Assembly (NCBI GenBank): GCA_964588525.1
Contig: CAZPQC010000001.1
Location: 25,238 to 89,237 of the forward strand
Direction of reading: 5' to 3'
Source of the DNA: an uncultured Spirochaetaceae bacterium
GTDB lineage: Bacteria > Spirochaetota > Spirochaetia > SZUA-6 > DRHE01
Length of the DNA stretch: 64,000 bases
Positions 10,098-18,976 of this stretch are shown here, piece by piece. The position numbers and the translations under genes are program-made. The notes beneath the pieces were generated by a model that saw only the letters and a list, made by a program, of their open reading frames with translations, did not search any database and had not been told where the DNA came from. Position 1 is the stretch's first letter. Each line of letters starts with the position of its first letter.

Positions 10098-11858
10098 TCA
10101 CCGGTCCACGTCAGCCAGCACGAAGTCGATGCTCCCCAGGATCGCCGTCAAGTCGGGGATCATCATGCCGCGGCACATCTGCGGCACCATCTGTATATGC
10201 GGAAAGGAGGGAGTGCGGATGCGCGTGCGATAGGAGGATGTGCTCCCGTCGCTCACCAGGTAGTAACTGTGGTTTCCTTTCGCGTCCTCGGTGCGCATCG
10301 ACGCTTCCCCTGGGGGAATCACGGGTCCCCAGCTTACCGCCAGGAAATGATCGATGAGCGTCTCGATATCCTCCATTGTCCTCTCTTTCAACGGTGGAGT
10401 TGCCAGAGGGTGGAGGGATTTGTAGTCTCCTTCGGGCATGCGTGACAGACATTGCTCGACAATTCTCAGGCTCTGTTCGATCTCCTCCAGATGCACCACC
10501 GCCCGGTCGAAGCAGTCGCCGCGGCTTCCCACGGGAACGTCGAAATCGAACTGGTCGTAGCCTCCGTAGCTTCTGCCTTTGCGGAAATCCCAGGCCAGGC
10601 CGCCGGCCCGCAGCATGGGACCGGTGGCCCCCCACTCTACGGCCTGCTCCGGACCCACTACGCCGACGCCCACGGTTCTCGCCTTGAAGATTCTGTTGCG
10701 TATCACCATACGATCGAAATCGCGCAGGCTTCGCCGCATGTGCCGTAGAAAGCCGCCGACCAGCTCCTCCCACCCCTGAGGAAGGTCCTGGGCCACACCC
10801 CCGATACGAAACCAGCTCGGATGCATCCGTCCGCCGGTAATCGCCTCGATGATGTCGAAGGCCCGCTCGCGATCGTTGAAGGCGTAGAACACCGGAGACA
10901 TGGCACCCACGTCCTGGGCGAACGTGCCCAGATAGACGAGATGGCTGATGACGCGGAAAATCTCCGCCAGCATGATGCGGATCACCCGGGCCCGCTCCGG
11001 CACCTCGATACCGGCCAGCATCTCCACCGCCATCACGTAGGGGAAGTTGTTCATCACCCCGCTCAAGTAATCGATACGGTCCGTAAATGGGATGAAGGTG
11101 TGCCAGCTCTGCCGCTCCGCCATTTTCTCCGCACCACGGTGGTGATAGCCGATATCACAGACCAGGTCGGAGATCTCCTCGCCGTTCATGCGCACGATCA
11201 CGCGCAGCGGACCATGAGTGCCCGGGTGCTGAGGTCCGAGATTTACATACAGCGTGTCCGCATCCTCCTGCATCGGCGACATGCCCCACTCCTCCGGCCG
11301 AAATCGCAGCTGCTCATCGAAGCTTTCCGCTTCTTCCTCGGTCATCTGGAACATCCCCATCTCCGTGGCTCGCGCGGGGTGTTCCTTGCGCAGGGGATGG
11401 CCCTCCCACCACGGCGGCATGAGGATGCGCCGGAGATTTGGGTGGCCGTCCACACCGATGCCGTACATGTCCCACAGCTCCCGCTCGTACCAGTCCGCCG
11501 ACGGCCAGATGCCGGTGATCGTAGGCAGCTGCGGGTAATCGTCCTCCAGGGCGACCTTCAGCCTTATATCCTCCGCTCGATCGAAGGAGAACAGCTGGTA
11601 CACCGCCGTGAACCGGCTTGCCGGCTGCCCGGCCCGATGCACCCTCTCCCGCTCGTCGATCGCGGTGAGGTCGTAGAGCATGAGGTAAGGCCGGTCCACT
11701 TTGTATTTCAGAAACTCAAGCGCCTGCCTCAGCTGCCCGACGGCAACCCAGCAAGTAGGAATGCCGTCGCCGGTCTCCTGGGTGACCACCGACTCCGGTC
11801 CGAGGTGTTGCCTTAGTGCAACGGCAGCCTCAGCCTCACGATCCGCCATCTCGTTCAT
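10098..11858 (-). CDS. nuoC: NADH-quinone oxidoreductase fused subunit C/D
   Basis: 586 aa. N-terminal NuoC-like region ([12 protein letters not shown]) is continuous with a NuoD-like region ([10 protein letters not shown] ... ADVDR C-terminus). Confidence 0.93.
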   Translation of the reverse strand: MNEMADREAEAAVALRQHLGPESVVTQETGDGIPTCWVAVGQLRQALEFLKYKVDRPYLMLYDLTAIDERERVHRAGQPASRFTAVYQLFSFDRAEDIRLKVALEDDYPQLPTITGIWPSADWYERELWDMYGIGVDGHPNLRRILMPPWWEGHPLRKEHPARATEMGMFQMTEEEAESFDEQLRFRPEEWGMSPMQEDADTLYVNLGPQHPGTHGPLRVIVRMNGEEISDLVCDIGYHHRGAEKMAERQSWHTFIPFTDRIDYLSGVMNNFPYVMAVEMLAGIEVPERARVIRIMLAEIFRVISHLVYLGTFAQDVGAMSPVFYAFNDRERAFDIIEAITGGRMHPSWFRIGGVAQDLPQGWEELVGGFLRHMRRSLRDFDRMVIRNRIFKARTVGVGVVGPEQAVEWGATGPMLRAGGLAWDFRKGRSYGGYDQFDFDVPVGSRGDCFDRAVVHLEEIEQSLRIVEQCLSRMPEGDYKSLHPLATPPLKERTMEDIETLIDHFLAVSWGPVIPPGEASMRTEDAKGNHSYYLVSDGSTSSYRTRIRTPSFPHIQMVPQMCRGMMIPDLTAILGSIDFVLADVDR

Positions 11859-12508
11859 CCTTCTCCGTCCGCCGTAGCCTGCTCCGGCGGCATCAGGCTG
11901 GTTTCGCCTTCCCTCCCCGGACGCCGCTCATCCCGTGTCGACGGCAACTCCGGTCGATAGACCTCCCCCGGACCGACCAACCAGCTCAAGGGCCGCTTCT
12001 CACTGCCCACCAGGGTTGCCAGACGGGTCAGCCCATACATAAAGGCGTCCGGACTGGGAGGGCAGCCCTGCACATAGAGATCCACGGGCAGGATCTTATC
12101 CACCCCCTGGACGACACTGTAGATGTCGTACATTCCCCCGGAGTTGGCGCATGAGCCCAGGGAAACCACCCAGCGGGGTAGCATGAGTTGCTCATACATC
12201 CGCCTGACCACGGGAGCCATTTTTATGAACACGGTACCCGCGATGACCATCAGGTCCGCCTCCCTGGGGCTTCCCCGGATCACCTCGGCCCCGAAGCGGG
12301 CGATATCGAACCGACTGGTCAGGCTGGTGGCCATCTCCACGTAACAGCAGGATAAACCGAAGTTGAAGGGCCACAGCGAGTACTTTCTCCCCCAACCGAG
12401 GATCGCCTGCAAGGTAGTCAACAGGATTCCGCTTTGCCGCGGTGCTCCCGAGGGGAGTCCCCGCGTACCGATATCAGCGGCCGGAGAGGTGTATCGCCGT
12501 GAAAACAT
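11855..12508 (-). CDS. nuoB: NADH-quinone oxidoreductase subunit B
   Basis: [18 protein letters not shown] and GCPP motifs; 4-nt overlap with nuoCD; about 45-aa C-terminal extension. Confidence 0.92.
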   Translation of the reverse strand: MFSRRYTSPAADIGTRGLPSGAPRQSGILLTTLQAILGWGRKYSLWPFNFGLSCCYVEMATSLTSRFDIARFGAEVIRGSPREADLMVIAGTVFIKMAPVVRRMYEQLMLPRWVVSLGSCANSGGMYDIYSVVQGVDKILPVDLYVQGCPPSPDAFMYGLTRLATLVGSEKRPLSWLVGPGEVYRPELPSTRDERRPGREGETSLMPPEQATADGEG

Positions 12509-12523
12509 GCCCGTTATTCCTTT

Positions 12524-12901
12524 CTAACGATGAGCCTCTGTTCGCTGACGGGCAGTCCGCCAGTCCAACGCCCCGCTGCGCCACAGGTAGCCGAGAAGGA
12601 TGAACAGGGGCAGCACGAACAGGGTCATGCTCGCATACCCCTTCCAACCCACCTGGCGAGCTGCAACGGCCCAGGAAAAGAGAAAAATGGATTCCACATC
12701 GAAGAGGACGAACAGTACCGCCACCAGGTAGTAGCTGGCGGGAAAGCGGGCAGGCAGAGTGCCTGTTGGAGCGATCCCGGACTCGTAGGGCTGCACCGTC
12801 GCCCTTTCCCTGTGCCGTTCTCCAATGAACAGGGAAAGGAAAAGCAAGCCGGGAATTGCGATTGCCAGGATGCCGAAGTACAGCAGGAGAGGCCACAGCA
12901 T
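12524..12901 (-). CDS. nuoA: NADH-quinone oxidoreductase subunit A
   Basis: 125-aa 3-TM protein (YESGI, FDVE motifs); first gene of the operon; AAAGGAGT RBS upstream of the ATG. Confidence 0.9.
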   Translation of the reverse strand: MLWPLLLYFGILAIAIPGLLFLSLFIGERHRERATVQPYESGIAPTGTLPARFPASYYLVAVLFVLFDVESIFLFSWAVAARQVGWKGYASMTLFVLPLFILLGYLWRSGALDWRTARQRTEAHR

Positions 12902-12926
12902 TTTACTCTACTCCTTTCGCACTCCT

Positions 12927-12932
12927 ATTATA
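12927..12932 (-). promoter_or_regulatory. Candidate -10 box (TATAAT) of the nuo operon promoter
   Basis: Perfect TATAAT on the minus strand 25 nt upstream of the nuoA ATG. No convincing -35 seen at 17 bp. Confidence 0.3.
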
Positions 12933-13153
12933 ACCCAAGTAGACGCCGCGCGTGTACAATACGCCGCTGTTTCTTGATGAGAACGGCCTCCGTAAACTCT
13001 GATACGCCGGTTTTTGGCGGCAGCCGTCTTGAACCCGCCGTGCCCTCCCCGCCGGCGACACTCTGCCCTGTCAGCGTACAGCCGGGAAGTCCGGCCAGCC
13101 ATAAACCAAACCGTCTATATTCGTTGTTTATTCGGGTTAGAAAAGCCGCCGCA

Positions 13154-13507
13154 TCACTGCTCCGGGTGCTTTTTCTGCTCTCCCCGCTGCTTTTCCACGA
13201 GCTCTTTGAGCTGCCGCTCCATGGCATCGAAGGTTTCGCGGATCAGATGGGAGAGCCGTTCCGAGACGTATTCCTCCACAGGTCCCCTCTCGGCGACCAG
13301 CTCATGTCTGGGAGGCACGGTCACGTCGATCCGCACCCTGTAGGGATTGCCTCCGTCTTGATGCGCCTGCGCCTTTTCCACCACGATCCGGCAGCCATTG
13401 ATGTAGCCGCAGACCCTCTCCAGCCTGTCGACTTTTTCCCGCAACAGGCGTTCCAGGTCCTCTGTTTTCTCTACTCCGCGAAATGTCAGCTCTAAAGGCA
13501 GATTCAT
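13154..13507 (-). CDS. hpf: HPF/RaiA-family ribosome-associated (hibernation) protein, short form
   Basis: ORF 13154..13576. Start set at MNLPLELTFRGVEKTEDLERLL..., preceded by GAGGAGGGAG. beta-alpha-beta pattern and K/E-rich tail typical of the family. Confidence 0.75.
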   Translation of the reverse strand: MNLPLELTFRGVEKTEDLERLLREKVDRLERVCGYINGCRIVVEKAQAHQDGGNPYRVRIDVTVPPRHELVAERGPVEEYVSERLSHLIRETFDAMERQLKELVEKQRGEQKKHPEQ

Positions 13508-13618
13508 GTCTCGCTCCCTCCTCAATTCAAATAGCTCTTGGTTCAACCCGGGCCTTGATCTCACACTGCACGACAAATTCCTTGCCGTGAAACGCCGGTC
13601 TGAATTTCCGCTTCGGTC

Positions 13619-14863
13619 TCACTGACCGACCTGCTCGCGCCGGGCTCTCGAATAGGCGTCGATAGTCACCGCAACCAGCAGTACGGCTCCGGTAATCATG
13701 AACCTCACCGAGGAGGCGAAGGCCAGCAGGTCCATGCCGTTTGCGATCGCGCCGATGATCAGGGCCCCGAGCAGGGCCGACCAGGTGCTGCCGCGCCCCC
13801 CGAAAAGGCTCGTCCCGCCGATAACGGCCGCCGCGATCGAGTTCAGCAGAACATCACCGCCGCCGGAGGACTGATTGACCGCAAACAAGCGCGACCCGGC
13901 GAGCACGCCTCCTGCGGCAGCCAGGGTGGAGCATAATGCGAATACCCAGATTCGAATGCGGTCGACATTGATGCCCGCCCGACGCGCTGCTTCTGCGCCG
14001 CCGCCGACTGCGAAGACATAGCGCCCGTATCTGGTGCGTTTTGTGAGGAAATTGAAAGCGATGATGATCGCCAGAAGGATCACGACCGCGGTAGGAACTC
14101 CCGTCACCGGCACGTTTCCCCGAGGGTTACGATTCACGCTCATGATCGCCACCGGCCCCAGCACCACTATGGCTATCACGATGCCCCGTAGTATCACGGC
14201 GAGTACGGATTGCGAGTGCAGACCTTGTCGGGACTTGCGCATCTGCAACCCGGCGCTGGCCAGCAAGAAGATCAGGACGGCTGCCGCCCCAATTGTCCAA
14301 CCCACCCAGACGGGTAGCCTCGTATTGGCCAGGCCGACGATGAACACATCGTTCAGATTGATGGTTCCTGTACTGCCTAACACCCAAAGCAGCGCCCCCT
14401 GCCAACCCAGATATCCGGCCAGGGTCACTACAAAGGATGGTACATGAAGCCTGGTGATCCACCATCCTTGAAACAGTCCGATCAGAAAGCCTGCCAGCAG
14501 ACTGAACAGCACGGCCGGGATTCCCGGAAGCCCGAGCTTTACGGAGAGGACTCCCATAAGACCGGCGCACAGACCGCTCACAGCCCCGACCGACAGGTCG
14601 ATTTCACCGATCAGCAGCACGAGCACCACCCCTACCGCTATTGTACCTACCGAGGATATCTGCACCATCAGGTTGGTGAGGTTCAATGGGGTGAGGAAGT
14701 TGGGGTTTGCGATTTGGAACACGACCGCGATCAGAACCAGTCCCAGGAGCACCGGCAGGGAGCCGATATCTCCGTGGGCTAATCTTTGCAGGAGTTGCCG
14801 CAATAACCCGCCTTCACTCCCGCCTGTCTCCAGCTCAGATCGCTCTCTCTCTTTTACATTCAT
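13619..14863 (-). CDS. xylH: Sugar ABC transporter permease (XylH-like, CUT2 family)
   Basis: 414-aa polytopic ORF downstream of a XylF-like binding protein and an ABC ATPase; XylH-like length and TM pattern. Confidence 0.75.
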   Translation of the reverse strand: MNVKERERSELETGGSEGGLLRQLLQRLAHGDIGSLPVLLGLVLIAVVFQIANPNFLTPLNLTNLMVQISSVGTIAVGVVLVLLIGEIDLSVGAVSGLCAGLMGVLSVKLGLPGIPAVLFSLLAGFLIGLFQGWWITRLHVPSFVVTLAGYLGWQGALLWVLGSTGTINLNDVFIVGLANTRLPVWVGWTIGAAAVLIFLLASAGLQMRKSRQGLHSQSVLAVILRGIVIAIVVLGPVAIMSVNRNPRGNVPVTGVPTAVVILLAIIIAFNFLTKRTRYGRYVFAVGGGAEAARRAGINVDRIRIWVFALCSTLAAAGGVLAGSRLFAVNQSSGGGDVLLNSIAAAVIGGTSLFGGRGSTWSALLGALIIGAIANGMDLLAFASSVRFMITGAVLLVAVTIDAYSRARREQVGQ

Positions 14864-14913
14864 GATTAAACCATCCCAAGCATTAAAGTACGTCGGTCCG
14901 ACTGCGGGGTTTG

Positions 14914-15714
14914 TTATCCGCTGGACCCGGTATCCGAGTCGATCTGGCCGTATTCCGCTCCGGTTATCGCCGCCACTACCTGCTCCGGGTTTGATCCGTG
15001 CGTATCGAATGTCGCCACTCGCCTACCCAAACGCAGCACAATGATCCGGTCGGAAACATCGAATACATCGACTAGATTGTGGCTGATCACGACGATCCCC
15101 AACCCTTTTTCACGGAGCCGGACGATCAGGTCTTTAACCTGCCGGGTCTGTTCCACCCCCAGGGCGGCTGTCGGCTCGTCGAGCAGTACCACCTTGGAGT
15201 TCCACATCACCGCCCGGGCAACGGCCACCGACTGTCGCTGGCCCCCGGAGAGCGTGGCAACGCGGGAGCGGAGGGAAGGAATGGTAACGTGAAGCTCCCG
15301 CACGAACTCGGTGGATTTCCGTTCCATCGCTACCTCATCGATCACTCCCAGCACTCCGGGTACCACGCTCCGGATCCGTTCCCTGCCGAGGTAGAGATTG
15401 GCAACCACATCCAGATTCTCACAGAGAGCCAGGTCTTGATACACCGTCTGAATTCCCAGGTTCGTCGCATCCCCCGGCGTGCTGACGGTGACCGCGCGAC
15501 CTTCGAAGATGTACTGACCGCTGTCCGGCCGGTAGGTTCCGGATATGACTTTCACCAGCGTCGATTTCCCGGCACCGTTGTCACCGACCAGGCCGATCAC
15601 CTCGTCAGTGAACACCTCGAAATCGACCTTCCAGAGGGCTTGAACAGCCCCGAAACGTTTGCTGATTCCTTGAAGCTGCAGAATCGGTTGCTTTTCTTCT
15701 TTGATCCTCGCCAT
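14914..15714 (-). CDS. Sugar ABC transporter ATP-binding protein (single ABC domain, 266 aa)
   Basis: Walker A GDNGAGKST, signature LSGGQRQ, Walker B VVLLDEPT. Half the size of E. coli XylG. Confidence 0.88.
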   Translation of the reverse strand: MARIKEEKQPILQLQGISKRFGAVQALWKVDFEVFTDEVIGLVGDNGAGKSTLVKVISGTYRPDSGQYIFEGRAVTVSTPGDATNLGIQTVYQDLALCENLDVVANLYLGRERIRSVVPGVLGVIDEVAMERKSTEFVRELHVTIPSLRSRVATLSGGQRQSVAVARAVMWNSKVVLLDEPTAALGVEQTRQVKDLIVRLREKGLGIVVISHNLVDVFDVSDRIIVLRLGRRVATFDTHGSNPEQVVAAITGAEYGQIDSDTGSSG

Positions 15715-15727
15715 TCTCTTTATCCAT

Positions 15728-15756
15728 TTTCATCAAGTGCAGCCGGGACCCGGGGT
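15728..15756 (-). promoter_or_regulatory. GC-rich intercistronic stem-loop between the binding-protein and ATPase genes
   Basis: TGCAGCCGGGACC-CGG-GGTCCCGGCTGCA, a 12-13 bp perfect stem with no following U-tract. Sits 86 nt after the xylF-like stop. Confidence 0.55.
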
Positions 15757-15841
15757 CCCGGCTGCATCTCTGCATCCGAAAAGCGGGTATTGCTGACCCG
15801 CATCCAAAGATCCTGCCCGTGTTGCCCGTGAGGAGGGATGA

Positions 15842-16954
15842 CTACTCCAACCCCGCGGCCTTGCAGGCGCCCGCGTACTCGCCGGTGCAGATCTGCTGTA
15901 CCGTCCAGAAACCGTCCTTCACAACGGTACCTTTGATATTGTCCTTCGTAACGGCAATCGGGGTGAGCAGCACCGAAGGCACATCGATCTTGCCGTTTTT
16001 CACGGTCTTTCCGCCCGTCATGCTGCCGGGTACCGCTTTTTTCATGAGCAGATCATAGGCAAGCTCCGCCGCCGCTTCGGCCTCCGGCTTGATAGCCTTG
16101 TACACGGTCATGTACTGCTGACCGACGAGAATACGCTGAATTGCCGCCAGCTCGGCGTCCTGTCCGGTCACCGGAGGAATGGGATTGAGACCGGCAGCTT
16201 TCATCGCGGCTATCGCACCGCTGGCGGTCCCGTCATTGGCGCAGTACACGCCGTCCACTTTGTTGCCCAGTGCGGTAAGGGCCTGCTGCATCTCATTCTG
16301 GGCCTGATCCGGGCTCCAGTCCGGAGTATCGTACTCTTTGGCAATGACCAGCTTTCCGGATTTCACCAGTGGATCGAAAACACTATGCGCCCCCTGTTTG
16401 AACAGGCTGGCATTGTTGTCGGTCGGAGAACCGTTGATCATCACGATCACCGGTTTGGCGATCCCCATATTGTTGAGCTTGTCCACCAGGCTCGTGGCCT
16501 GCAGCTTGCCTACCTCCGTGTTGTCGAAGGAGATGTAGTAATTGACCCCACTGGAGTTCAGGATCAGGCGGTCATAGGCGATGACCGGAACACCCTGTGC
16601 CTTGGCCTTCTCGGCGATGACCGCAGCCGCGGCCGAATCGACCGGATCCAGCACGAGAACCTGGGCTCCATTGGTCAGGGCCGCTTCCGCCTGGGAAAGC
16701 TGGGTGTTCGCATTCTGGTTGGCGTTGCTGTAGATGATCTGTACATTCGGATCCAGCTCCTTCATCTTGGCCTCAAAATCGGGTCGATCCGCCGTCTCGT
16801 AGCGCGTGGTCTTGGTCTCCGGCAGCAGGAGCCCGATCTTGGCCGGGGCCGTACCGGTCATGGTGGTGGCTTTGGTCCCACCTGCGAATACCGCAGCAAC
16901 CGACACGGTGAACATCATCAGAACGATGAGCACGGGAACATGGTTACGATTCAT
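15842..16954 (-). CDS. xylF: D-xylose-type periplasmic sugar-binding protein
   Basis: Start set at MNRNHVPVLIVLMMF... (signal peptide; GGAGGT RBS). Strong resemblance to E. coli XylF blocks (YISFDN-VG-LQA, GSPTDNNA-LF, GQDAELA-I-RI, MTVYK, DVPS-LLTPI-V-K-NIK-TVVKDGF). Confidence 0.85.
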   Translation of the reverse strand: MNRNHVPVLIVLMMFTVSVAAVFAGGTKATTMTGTAPAKIGLLLPETKTTRYETADRPDFEAKMKELDPNVQIIYSNANQNANTQLSQAEAALTNGAQVLVLDPVDSAAAAVIAEKAKAQGVPVIAYDRLILNSSGVNYYISFDNTEVGKLQATSLVDKLNNMGIAKPVIVMINGSPTDNNASLFKQGAHSVFDPLVKSGKLVIAKEYDTPDWSPDQAQNEMQQALTALGNKVDGVYCANDGTASGAIAAMKAAGLNPIPPVTGQDAELAAIQRILVGQQYMTVYKAIKPEAEAAAELAYDLLMKKAVPGSMTGGKTVKNGKIDVPSVLLTPIAVTKDNIKGTVVKDGFWTVQQICTGEYAGACKAAGLE

Positions 16955-17051
16955 GGTTACCTCCAATTGGTATGAAAAATTTTGAGAACTCGGGCCAGGA
17001 TCTTCAACAACTGAGGTCTTCCCCTTTCGACCTGCATCTCTGTTCCGCCGC

Positions 17052-17117
17052 TTGCTGATGGATTCACCAACTTCAGGTCGTAGCGGAACGGTCCACTTTA
17101 TGTTCAACCATCAGCAA
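17052..17117 (-). promoter_or_regulatory. Long-range 10-bp inverted repeat in the xylF-like upstream region
   Basis: TTGCTGATGG (17052-17061) and CCATCAGCAA (17108-17117) are perfect reverse complements separated by 46 nt. Confidence 0.4.
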
Positions 17118-17160
17118 TCTAGCAAAATTTCGATGAATCCCTTTACCCGGGAAATAATCT

Positions 17161-17179
17161 GTTTGGATTAGTTTGGATT
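17161..17179. repeat. Tandem direct repeat GTTTGGATT x2 (10-bp phase)
   Basis: gtttggatt-a-gtttggatt read directly, about 207 nt upstream of the xylF-like start. Confidence 0.9.
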
Positions 17180-17236
17180 CAAATAAGGATTACGGGATAT
17201 CCAAGCCGAAGAAGTTCCAACCCCCGCATCGGATCA

Positions 17237-17569
17237 TTACGTTCTTGAAACTGCAGATCCCCTCGGTCTGCCACGGTCGCTCCGCTTGCCTCGCCTCCGT
17301 ATGGCGGCCAGCACGATTGCGCCGCATAGATTGATGGCAAGAGCGCCGACCGGACCCAGACCGACCGGACCATCGTTTTTGCGGAAAGCCTGGACCGTCA
17401 GCGCAATCGTAATCCCTATGAATACCGCCCCGAGAACGTTCGGATAAAAGGATTGCGCGGTTTGCGGCAGGCCGAGAAAATCCACAAGACGGGGGGAATA
17501 AGCCACCAGCACGACACCCAGCACCAGATTGACGGCAGCATCGATCAACAACAGCGCTCTTTTTTCCAT
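17237..17569 (-). CDS. Small integral membrane protein, unknown function
   Basis: 110-aa ORF with 3-4 hydrophobic spans and a basic tail. No family recognised. Confidence 0.5.
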   Translation of the reverse strand: MEKRALLLIDAAVNLVLGVVLVAYSPRLVDFLGLPQTAQSFYPNVLGAVFIGITIALTVQAFRKNDGPVGLGPVGALAINLCGAIVLAAIRRRGKRSDRGRPRGSAVSRT

Positions 17570-17630
17570 CCTGTACCTCCGGGTTCGTTCCCTTCCACGG
17601 TTTGAACTCTCCTGCGATCCGGGCGGCTCC

Positions 17631-18893
17631 TCATCGGTCTTGGGGAATCCTCAACAGGCGAAGAGCCGCCCCCGCGCTCAACCCCTGGACCACGACGGCA
17701 AACACGACGATCACATAGGTGATCAACACGATTAGCTCACGCCGGGGCCCTGGGTGCAGGGAGAGGGCTAAAGCGATTGAAATCCCTCCGCGCAGGCCGC
17801 CCCAGGTAACGAACAGTCCGGTATGCCGCGGCAGGTGGTAGCGGCGCCTCAGCAGGGTGATCGGCAGACCGGCGGTGATCAGGCGGACCAGCAGGACAAC
17901 TGGGATGAGAATCATGCCGAACACCACCGTGTCGACCCTGAAGCTGATCAGCAGGGATTCCAGACCGATGAGGACGAAGAGGACGGCATTGAGGAACTCC
18001 TCAACCAGCTGCCAGAAGATTTCGAGGTTTTTGCGGCTCGTTTCGGTCATAGCTCTTGTCTTTCCCTGGTTGCCGATGAGGATTCCGGCTACGACCATCG
18101 CCAGTGGTCCGGAGCTGTGAAGCGCCTGGGCCAGGGTATATCCGCCCATGACCAGAGCCAGGGTCATGAGGATCTCGAGAGGGTAGTTGTCCACCCGTTT
18201 CATGAACTGAAATACGATGAAACCCAGCAACAGACCCAGGGCAATCCCCCCGCCGGCCTCCCGGCCGAACAACAGGAGAATCTCGGGAGCCGAGGCGGGT
18301 TTCCCGGTGTCTCCGATCCGGGCGACCTCGAGGAGCACGGCGAACAGAACCACGGCGATGCCGTCGTTCAACAAAGATTCCCCGGCCATGGTCGTTTCGA
18401 GGCTTCTAGGCACCTTGTGCTGCTTGAACAGGTTCAGAACCGTGATCGGATCGGTGGGGGAGACGATTGCTCCGAATACCAGACAGTAGGCAAACGGCAG
18501 GGAGAACGCGAAAAACCTCAGCAGCAGCCAGCTTGCCGTTCCCACCAAAATTGTCGAAGCCGTAGTCGCCAGGAGAGCAAGCACGGCTATCGGCAGCAGG
18601 TGGTCGACCAGGGCTTCCAGATTGATCCTCAAAGCCCCGGCGAACAGCAGAAATCCGAGCATTCCACCCAAAAGAGTCCTCGAGAAGCGGAGCTTCTCCA
18701 ACCAACCCCGGATCTCACGATCCACCACATGGGCCCACGGGCTGGCCCGCGCCAGCAGGACCAGCACCACGGACAATACCAGAGACATGATCATCAGGGC
18801 GATCGTCGGCGGAAGCTTGGAATAACGGTGATTCAAGTAGCTGAAAACTGCGGCCATTGTCACCACGATGGCCAGAATGGTAAACGTGTTCAT
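17631..18893 (-). CDS. Na+/H+ antiporter, CPA1 (NhaP-type) family
   Basis: 420-aa polytopic ORF with the CPA1-like core (FGAIVSPTDPI, ESLLNDG). Confidence 0.82.
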   Translation of the reverse strand: MNTFTILAIVVTMAAVFSYLNHRYSKLPPTIALMIMSLVLSVVLVLLARASPWAHVVDREIRGWLEKLRFSRTLLGGMLGFLLFAGALRINLEALVDHLLPIAVLALLATTASTILVGTASWLLLRFFAFSLPFAYCLVFGAIVSPTDPITVLNLFKQHKVPRSLETTMAGESLLNDGIAVVLFAVLLEVARIGDTGKPASAPEILLLFGREAGGGIALGLLLGFIVFQFMKRVDNYPLEILMTLALVMGGYTLAQALHSSGPLAMVVAGILIGNQGKTRAMTETSRKNLEIFWQLVEEFLNAVLFVLIGLESLLISFRVDTVVFGMILIPVVLLVRLITAGLPITLLRRRYHLPRHTGLFVTWGGLRGGISIALALSLHPGPRRELIVLITYVIVVFAVVVQGLSAGAALRLLRIPQDR

Positions 18894-18929
18894 TTCCCAG
18901 ACAAAGGATGAACCGAGGCAACCCGGTAA

Positions 18930-18953
18930 ACAATAACCCGAACAGGTTATTGT
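18930..18953. promoter_or_regulatory. Palindrome ACAATAACC-N6-GGTTATTGT containing a 19-mer that recurs at 33867-33885
   Basis: 9-bp perfect arms read directly. Lies between the CPA2 stop (18977) and the CPA1 start (18893). Confidence 0.5.
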
Positions 18954-18976
18954 CAGCCTTTCAAGGGTTTAGGTAT

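Noticed and set aside
157-12896. Many long ORFs on the plus strand and in alternative minus frames across the nuo operon (for example 157..1083, 2193..3293, 6545..8299, 8296..9555, 10821..11816).
   Set aside because: Their products are low-complexity, R/G/P/H-rich translations antisense to or out of frame with clearly recognisable Nuo subunits. These are typical shadow ORFs of high-GC DNA.
13520-13560. Sigma54-like element (cGGCAaG-N4-TTGt) upstream of hpf.
   Set aside because: Two mismatches, including the critical C of the -12 GC. The match is not distinguishable from chance without further evidence.
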